64,000 nucleotides of DNA from the human T2T-CHM13v2.0 reference genome, Homo sapiens: assembly GCF_009914755.1 (NCBI RefSeq), contig NC_060947.1; one strand, 5' to 3'. Every line of letters starts with the position of its first letter. Positions within the stretch are counted from its first letter, which is position 1. A program made the translations under genes and the position numbers. The notes under the pieces are model-generated. The model saw only the letters and a program-made list of their open reading frames with translations. It did no database searches and was not told the DNA's origin. Positions 55,500 through 64,000 of this stretch are shown piece after piece.

Positions 55500-58400
55500 G
55501 AGTGAGTGGGAGGGTTGTCACAAACGTAGAAGTCTGATTCTCCTTCCTTATGACTACTTTATGGATTCCACTCATCAGAAACCTGTGCCATTACCACTGC
55601 AAGCAAACTGTGAATTAGACCTGGTGACAAGAGGAATCCCCTTGGCTATGTCTTCCCCTGTGGGAAAAAAAGAGAACAGAACACTCCCAGAAGCTTTTGC
55701 TGTTGAAAAACCCCATAGCTCTCAATGTCACTGAGGACACCCACAGCGTTAATCTCTAGGAACCTCTTCAATATTTGTTGACATTGATCCTAGCTACATG
55801 GAGACAACATCCCTTGGCTCCTACTGAAGCTGAAACCACCACACTCCGCCCCAGCATCACCTTCACACTCACATGTAGGTGAATGTCTTTTGCTCCCAGA
55901 ACAAGCCAGTAATATATGGAAAACGTGACTGCTCCATCAAATGCACAGACAGCAATGCAAGGCAATAAGAAACATGAAAAATCAGGGAAACATAGCACCA
56001 TCAAAGAAACACAATAGTTTTCTAGTAATCTACCTCCCCAAAAATAGATATGTTTGATTTTCCTGACAAAGAACTTAAAATAATTGTTTAAGGAAGATCA
56101 GTGAGCTATAAGTGAGCCCAGATAGACAAACATCAGATAAACAATAAACACGCACAGAAAACAAGAAGTTCAATAAAGAGATAGAAATGATTTAAAAAAG
56201 AAACAAACAGAAATTCTGGAGCTGAAGAATACAATGCATAAAAAATGCAATGGAGAGCATCAATAGCAGACTTGATCAAACAGAAGAATTTGTGAACTCA
56301 AAGATAGGTCATTTAAGCCCACCTAGAAGCAGCTTCTTGGTTCCTTCTCAAATCTCTGTTTGGTTTGGCCCACCTGGCTCCACTCCTGACTCTATCATGT
56401 CCATCAGGGTGACCCAGAATTCCTACAAAGCATCCAGCTCTGGCCCCTGGGCCTTCAACAGCCACTCCTACATAAGCAGGCCCAGTACCTGCATCAGCTC
56501 TTCAAGCTTTTCCTGAGTCTGTAGCAACACCAGCTTCTGTAGTGGCCTGGTTACTGGCATGGTTCTAGGTGGAGGATATGCTGGGGCCAGTGGTATAGGA
56601 GGCATTACAGCTGTCATGGTGAACCAGAGCCTGCTGAGCCCCTTTAAGTTGGATGTGGACCGCAACATCAAGGCCATGAAAACCCAGTAGAAGGAGCCCA
56701 TCAAGACATTCAACAACAAGTTTGTCTCCTTCATCATCAAGGTATGGTTCCTGGAGTAGCAGGACAGGATGCTGAAGATGAAGTGAAGCCTCTTGCAGCA
56801 GCAGCAGAAGACAGATTGGAGCAACATGAACATATTCAAGAGCTTTGCAGGCAACTGGAAAGGTTGGAACAAGAGAAGCTGAAGCTGGAGGCAGAGCTTG
56901 GCAATATGCATGGGCTGGTGGAGGACTTCAGTAATGTGTATGAGGATGAGATCAACAAGTGTGCAGAGATGGAAAATGAATTTGTCCCCTTTAAGAAGAA
57001 TGTGAATGAAGCTTACATGAGCAAGATAGAGCTGGAGTCTCACCTGGAAGGGCTAACTGATGAGATCAGCTTTCTCAGGCAGCTATGTAAAGAGGATCTC
57101 TGCAAGCTGCAGTCCCATATCTTTAACATATCTGTGGTTCTGTTCAGGAACAACAGCCACTCCTTGCACATGGACAGCACCATGGCCAATGGCTGTGCCC
57201 AGTATGAGAAGATTGTCAACCACAGCTGGGCCAACGCTAAAAACATGTACCAGATTAAGTATGAGAAGCTGCAGACACTGGCTGGGAAGCAGAGGGATGA
57301 TTTGTGTTGAAGAAAGATGGAGTTCTCCAAAATGAACCAGAACATCAGCTGGCTCCAGGCACAGATTGAGGGTCTTAAAGGCCAGAGGGCTTCCTTGGAG
57401 GCTGCCATTGTGGATGCAAAGCAGTGTGAAGAGCTGGTCATTAAGAATGCCTACACCAAGCTGGTGAAACTGGAGGCTGTCTTGCAGTGGGCCAAGCAGG
57501 ATATGGCATGGGAGCTGCATAATTATCAGGAACTGATGAGAGTCAATCAGGCCCCGGACATTGAGACTGCCACATACAGGAAGCTTCTGGAAGGTGAATA
57601 GAGCTGCCTGGAGTCTGGAATGCAGAACATTATTATCCATATGAAGACTACAAGTGGCTATTCAGGTGGTCTGAGCTCAGCTTATGAAGGCCTCACAAGC
57701 TCTGGCTTTAACAATGGCCTGGGCTCCAGCTGTGGCTTTGGCAGGGCCTCTGGCTTCTTCAGCTGTACCAGCTCCTATAGGGCCATGGTTGTGAGGAAGA
57801 TCAAGACCTATGATGGGAAGCCAATGTTCGAGTCCTCTGATGCACTGCCCAAGTGAATGGCTGTAGCAGCCCCTCCCAACCTCCCCTTCCTGTGGCTGCC
57901 CCAGAGCCTGTGAGGGATGCTGCAGTACAGGGGAGCATAGGGAACAGGAGATCCATCTGAGGCTCATCCTTACCCCTCAGCCCACCCTTGTGGGCAGTTT
58001 ATTGCATGGAGTACCCCCACTTGCCCATGCCCCCAACAAATTTATTTGTATTTTTCCCAAAATAAAGCCTCAGTTAGATCTGCCGAAGGAATAAAAAAAG
58101 GTCATCAAAAAGGATCCAGTGAGTGGAGAAAAAGGAATGAAGAACATCCACAGGACTTATAGACACCATTGAGAAAGCTAGCGTTTTCATTATAAGAATA
58201 AAATAGAGAAAGCTTATGTAAATAAATAATAGTTGCCAACTTTTCAAATCTCTGAAGAGATACGAACATGCAGATACATGAATCTCACAGTCTCCATTGA
58301 GATCACCCCATAGAATCCATCAAGACATATTCAAACTGTTAAAAAGAAAAGACAAGGAGCAAATTTTGAAAGCAGCAAGAGAAAATATATTCCTCACATG

Positions 58401-59272
58401 TAAGGACATACTTATAAGGGTATTATCAGTAGATTTCCCAAGAGAAACATTGCATGCCAGGAGAAAGGGAAATGGTATATTCAAATTGCTGAATGAAACC
58501 TCTGCCAACCAAGAATATCTAGCAAAGCTATCCTTTGCAAATGAAAAAAGAGATTAAGACTTTCCCAGATTAAAAAAAAAAAAGCTTAAAGGAGTTCATT
58601 ACCACTAGACTGGCCTTAAAAGAAATGCCACAAGAAGTTCATCAACCAGAAAAAAGAGTGCTAATTAGTGACATAAAAGTGTATGAAACTATAAAATGCA
58701 CTGGTAAAAGTGAGTATATGGTCAAATTCAGAATACTCTAAGATTATAATGGTGATAAGTAAATCACTTATAACTCTAGAATAAAGGTTAAAAGACAAAA
58801 ATGTTAAAAATAACTACAGGCAAAATAATGTGTTAATTGAAACATTATATAAACATGAATTGTTGTACCAAAAACAAAAAAATATGGGAGGAGTAGAAGT
58901 GCAGAGCTTTTGTATCCCAATAAAGTTAAGTTGTTCTCAGCTTATAATAAATCTGCATAACTAGAAGATGTTTTACATAAGCCTTATGATAGCCTAAAGC
59001 AAAAACTTTTAGTAGATACACACACAAAATAGAAATTAAAACATACATACCATTAGAGAAAATAATCATCAAATCACAAATCAAAACAGCAAGAAACAAG
59101 GGAAGAAAGTATCTTTAAAAAGTCAGAAAACAATTAACAAAATGTCAATAATAACTTATTGCTCATCAGTAATTACTTTGACTACAAATGAATTAAATTC
59201 TCCAATGAAAACTCATAGAATGATTGAATAGCTAAAAAGAGACCTAACTATATGCTGCCTACAAGAGAATCA
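55500..59272 (+). mobile_element. Old L1M 5' region (5'UTR part, ORF1, start of ORF2), interrupted by the KRT8 retrocopy
   Basis: ORF1-like MESINSRLDQTEE (56250) and KDKEQILKAARE...AKLSF (58297); degenerate ORF2 start at about 59140. Confidence 0.8.
56316..58098 (+). pseudogene. KRT8: Processed pseudogene of keratin 8 (KRT8)
   Basis: ATG at 56397 MSIRVTQNSYKASSSGP; rod peptides (YEDEINK..EMENEFV, DIETATYRKLLEGE); tail ...ESSDALPK* at 57856; no introns; premature stops and frameshifts; AATAAA at 58061, short A-tail, TSD-like aggtcat. Confidence 0.96.
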
Positions 59273-59274
59273 AT

Positions 59275-59446
59275 TTTTTGTTTTTATTTTTAGATTCAGA
59301 GGTATATGTGCAGGTTTGTTACAAGGGAGTGTTGCACAATGGTGAGATTTAGGCTTCCAGTGTACCTATCAACCAAATAGTGAACATTGTATTCAATAGG
59401 TAATTTTTTAACCCTTACTCCACTCCCACTCTCCCACCTTGTAGAG
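59275..59446 (-). mobile_element. L1 (L1PA15/16-L1PB-like) 3' end, cut by HERV-L
   Basis: ttttagattcagaggtatatgtgcaggtttgttacaaggg...caataggtaatttttta. Confidence 0.75.
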
Positions 59447-59820
59447 TGTGATGGTTAATACTGAGTGACAACTTCATTGGATTGATTGATACTAAGTAAT
59501 AATCCTGGGTGTGTCTGTGTGAGTGTTGCCAAAAGAGATTAACATTTGAGTCAGTGATCTGGGAAAGGCAGATCAACCCCTAATCTGGTGGGCACAATCT
59601 AACCAGCTTCCAGTGACTATAAAGCAGGCAGAAAAATGTGAAAAGGAGAGATGGGCCAAACCTCCCAGCCCACATGTTACTCCCGTGCTGGATGCTTCTT
59701 GCCCTTGAACATTGGACTCAATGTTCTTCAGTTTTGGGATTCAGACTGGCTCATCTTACTCCTCAGCTTGATGACAGCCTATTGTGGATCTTGTGATCAT
59801 GTAAGTTAATGCTTAATAAA

Positions 59821-59871
<51 letters not shown>

Positions 59872-59914
59872 TTCCAATTAGTTATGTCCCTCTAAGAGAG
59901 CCCTGACTAATACA
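59447..59914 (+). mobile_element. MLT2A 5' LTR of HERV-L
   Basis: tgtgatggttaatactgagt...ccctgactaataca; TATA-like tataaag at about 59618; AATAAA at about 59815. Confidence 0.92.
59824..59869. repeat. (GT)n microsatellite within the MLT2A LTR
   Basis: About 23 uninterrupted GT units. Confidence 0.97.
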
Positions 59915-62900
59915 GACTTTGGTACCAGGAGTAGGGATAGAGGAGCAGAATATTAAGGATAGGGTTCTTTCATTAGTTTGGGGGTTTCTGGAGTTGGCTG
60001 CCTAATGTGATTAGATCCAAAGATGCTTCTAATAGTATGGAGAACACTGATAGTCCTTGGAATAAATTGTTTGGAGAGTTATGTAAAATAAATGCATTTG
60101 ACACTTCTGATTTACCACTTATGTGAGGCAAGGAGTTTAGTGACTCTGCATAATACCTTTGACCATATGTGGAGAACCAAGGAACATAATGAAGCTGATT
60201 GGTTGCTCCTAAGTTGAGTGGACAAAGTGATGAAAGAAAATGATGAACTCAGGGATTCTGTCTCCTGGCTTCAGAAGCAGATACTGAGCCTCAAATCTGC
60301 TAAGATTGCCCTGAGTGAGAGTCTTATTTCCTGTAGAAAAAGAACTGAAATTGTGGGGAAAAAAAACAAACAAACAGACATAAGCTCTTATCAAGCAAGT
60401 GGCTGACCTGCAATGAGAGGTATATGGACAGCTGTGCCAGGTGTATACTGTTAAAGTAAGGGCATTGATTGGAAAAGAATGGGACCTTGAAACTTGGAAT
60501 GGGGACGTGTTGGAGGACCCTGATGAAGCTGGGGACACAGAGTTAGTAAACTCTTATGAAGCTGTTTTACCAAAAGGAAGAGTTTCCCTGTCTCTGATAG
60601 TGGCAACATTCCCTCCCTGACCCATGCTGCCATCAGCCTTTCCACGTTTGTCTGAGGAGATAAATGCTGTGCTGCCTGAGGCAACAGTGATGCCCACTTC
60701 TGAGGCAGTTGCCAGGCTAGATAATGTTGATTCTCCTCAAGGGCCACCCCCAAAACCTCTGTTTGCTTCTAGACATATAGACTAAAGTCTTGGTGGGCCC
60801 CTAGAGGTGAGGTTGAGAGTGTGACCCATAAGGAGGTGTGCTACACTCAAAAAGAACTGTTTGAGTTCTGTAATTCATATAAACAGAAATCATGAGGACA
60901 GGTATGGGTACGGGATAATGGTGGAAGGAACGTAGAGTTGGATCAGGCTGAATTTATTTATTTGGGTCCACTAAGTAGGGACTCTGCATTTAATGGGCCC
61001 ACTAAGTAGGGATTCTGCATTTAATGTTGCAGCTCAGGGAGTTAAAAAAGGTTCCAATAGTTTATTTGTTTGGTTAGCTGAAATATGAATTAAAAGATGA
61101 CCCACTGTGAGCAAGCTGGAAATGGCTGCTCACTTTTGGCTTAATGTAGAGGAAGGGATCCAAAGGCTTAGGGAGATTGGGCTGGTGGAGTGGATTAGTC
61201 ACTTTAGTCCTACTCATCCCAGCTTGGAAGGTCCAGAAGATATACCCTTAACCAATGCCTTGCAAAATAGATTTGTGAGGGCAGCATCTGCATTTTTGAA
61301 GAGCCCTGTAATTGTTCTTCTCTGTGTGTCAGATCTAACAATGGAAACCACAGTCACTCAACTATAAAATTTAAATACAATGGGAATAATTGGATCTCGA
61401 GATGGCAGGGGCCAAGTGGCAGCACACAACTGTCAAAGGCAAGGTGAGTGTAGCTGCCATAATATATAGCAGATGCAAAGCAGCAAACAGAATAGTCTGA
61501 CTCATGCAGAGCTCTGGAATTGGCTAACTACCATGTTCCTAGAAGTGAAATTGATAGAAAGCCTACTACATTCCTACATATATTATACAAACAGAAAACT
61601 CTTATGTTGAATGGATGAAAGACTAATTTAAATTATAAAAACAGACAATCATGGGCCCTAAATCAATTTCCTGACCTGAGCCAATTTACAGATCCAGAAC
61701 CCCTTGAATAAAGGGGAGGCAGGTTCCCCTTGTGGAAGGATCCTACTACATTAATGACAATTTATGAAGTGAATCTTTCTCCCATCCTTCCCCAAGGATA
61801 CACCTGGCCTTCCACCAGGGTAACCATGCACTGGGAAAGGTGAAATGATCAGACATTTCAGGGACTACTAAACACTGACTCTGACTGATGTTGATTCCAG
61901 GGGACCCAAAACGTCATTGTGGTCCTCCGGTTAAAATAGGGGCTTATGGAGGTCAGGTAATTAATGGCATTTTATCTCAGGTCTGACTTACAGTGGGTCC
62001 AGTGGGTTCCCAGACTCATCCTGTGGTCACTTCCCCAGTGCCAGAATGCATAATTGGCATGACATATTTAGCAGCTGGCAGAATCCCCACATTGGCTCCC
62101 TGACTGGTAGGGTGAGAGCGATAATGGTGGGAAAGGCCAAATGGAAGCCATTAGAACTGCCTCTTCCTAGAAAAATAGTAAATCAAAAACAATATCACAT
62201 CCCTGGAGGGATTGCAGAGATTATTGCCACCATCAAAGACTTGACAGATGCAGGGGTTGTGATTCCCACCCCATCCCAATTCAACTCTCCCATTTAGACT
62301 GTGCCGAAGACAGATGGATCTTGGAGAATAACAGTGAATTATCGTAAGCTTAACCAAGTGGTGACTCCAATTGCAGTTGCTGTATCAGATGTGGGTTCAT
62401 TGCTTGAGCAAATTAGCACGTCTCCTGGTACCTGGTATTGCAGCCATTGACTTGACAAATGCCTTTTTCTCCATTCCTGTCCATAAAGCCTGCCAGAAGT
62501 AATTTGCCTTCAGCTGGCAAGGTTAACAATATACCTTTACTGTCCTACCTCAGGGGTATATTAACTCTGGCTTTGTGTCGTAATCTTATTTGGAGAGACC
62601 TTGATCACTTTTTGCTCCCACAAGATATCACATTGGTCTATTACACTGATGACATTATGCAGATTGGATCCAGTGAGCAAGAAGTAGCAAACACACTGGA
62701 CTTATTGGGGAGACATTTGTGTACTAGAGGACGGGAAATAAATCTGACTAAAATTCAGGGACCTTCTACCTCAGTAAAATTTCTAGGGGTCCAGTGGTGT
62801 GGGACCTGTTGAGATATTCCTTGTAAGGTAAAGGATAAGTTGCTGTACTGGGCCCCTCCTACAACCAAGAAAGAAGCACAACGCCTAGTGGGCCTATTTG

Positions 62901-64000
62901 GATTTTGGAAGCAACACTTTCCTCATTTGGGTGTGTTGCTTGGGCTGATTTATTAAGTGCCCTGAAAGTCTGCCAGTTTTGAGTGGGATCCAGAAGAGGA
63001 GAAGGCTCTGCAACATGTCCAGGCTGTTGTGCAAGCTGCTCTGCCACTTTAGCCATGTGACCCAGCATATCCAAAGCTGCTTGAAGTGTCAGTGGCAGAT
63101 AGTGATGCTGCTTGGAACCTTTGGCAGGTTCCCATAGGTGAATCACAGACGAGGACTCTGGAATTTTGGAGCAAGACCCTGCCATCTTCTGCAGATAACT
63201 ACTCTCCTTCTGAAAGACAGCTCTCAGCCTGTTACTGGGCTTTAGTGGAAACTGAATGTTTGACTGTGGGTCATCAAGTCACCATGTGACCTGAACTGCC
63301 TATCATGAACTGGGTGCTTTCTGACCCATCTAGCCATAAAGTGGGTCATGCAAAGAAGCATTCCATCATCAAATGAACTGGTATATATGTGATCAAGCTC
63401 AAGCAGGTCCTGGAGGCACAAGTAAGTTACATGAGGAAGTGGCTCAAATGCCCATGGTCTCCACTCCTGCGATCCAGCCTGCACCAATGGCCTCACGGGG
63501 AGTTTTCTATGATCTGTTGACAGATGAAGAGAAGACTCAGGCCTGTTTCACAGACAGTTCTGCACGATATGCAAGCACCACCCAAAAGTGGACAGCTGCA
63601 GCACTACAGCCCCTTTCCAGGACATCTCTGAAGGACAGTGGTGAAAGGGAATCTTCCTAATGGGCAGAACTTTGAGAAGAGCACCTGGTTGTGTATTTTG
63701 CATGGAAGGAGAAATGGCCAGGTGTGTGATTATATACTGACTCATGCGCTGTAGCCAACAGTTTGGCTGGATGGGCAGGGACTTGGAAGAAACATGATTG
63801 TAAAATTGGTGACAAAGAAATTTGGAGGAGAGGTATGTGGATGGTCCTCTCTGAATGGTCAAAAACTATGAAGATATTTATACCCCCTGTGAGTGTGCAC
63901 CAACAGATAGCCTCAGCAGAGGAGGATTTTAATAATCAAGTGGATAGGATGACCCATTCTTTGGCTATCACTCAGCCTCTTTCCCCAGCCAACCATGTCA
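59915..64000 (+). mobile_element. HERV-L internal region (gag-pro-pol), defective, truncated by the window end
   Basis: PBS-like tggtaccaggagt after the LTR; gag peptides (EEGIQRLREIG); RT (VNQKQYHIPGG, YYTDDI, KIQGPSTSVKFLGVQW); RNase H (FTDSSA); many stops. Confidence 0.93.

Noticed and set aside
56744-57601. Keratin-like ORFs as a functional gene
   Set aside because: Intronless with multiple stops and frameshifts, a polyA signal/tail, and insertion inside an L1: a processed pseudogene.

Overview
Primate (catarrhine-like, probably human) intergenic DNA that is AT-rich and dense in L1. Most of the window is interspersed repeats: one near full-length L1PA, several truncated L1s (three with 5' twin-priming inversions), older L1M fragments, about 12 Alus, solo ERV1/ERVK/MaLR LTRs, MIR/L2/DNA-transposon relics, and a HERV-L provirus (MLT2A LTR plus gag-pol) running off the right end. 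Two processed pseudogenes are present: YWHAZ (- strand) and KRT8 (+ strand). No intact annotated-type protein gene is evident. The main non-repeat signal is a two-exon Shisa-family relic at about 14166-16036. It has a Kozak ATG, a signal peptide, a Shisa Cys-rich domain that has lost 3 of 8 cysteines, a phase-0 GT-AG intron and a candidate TM+CC exon. It is best read as a decayed SHISA1 orthologue (unitary pseudogene) with a solo LTR inserted just upstream of its ATG. A second unusual signal is a fossil L1-clade reverse transcriptase with non-mammalian-type motifs at about 40.9-42.1 kb, split by the young full-length L1. Repeat subfamily names and locus identity come from recall and need database confirmation.
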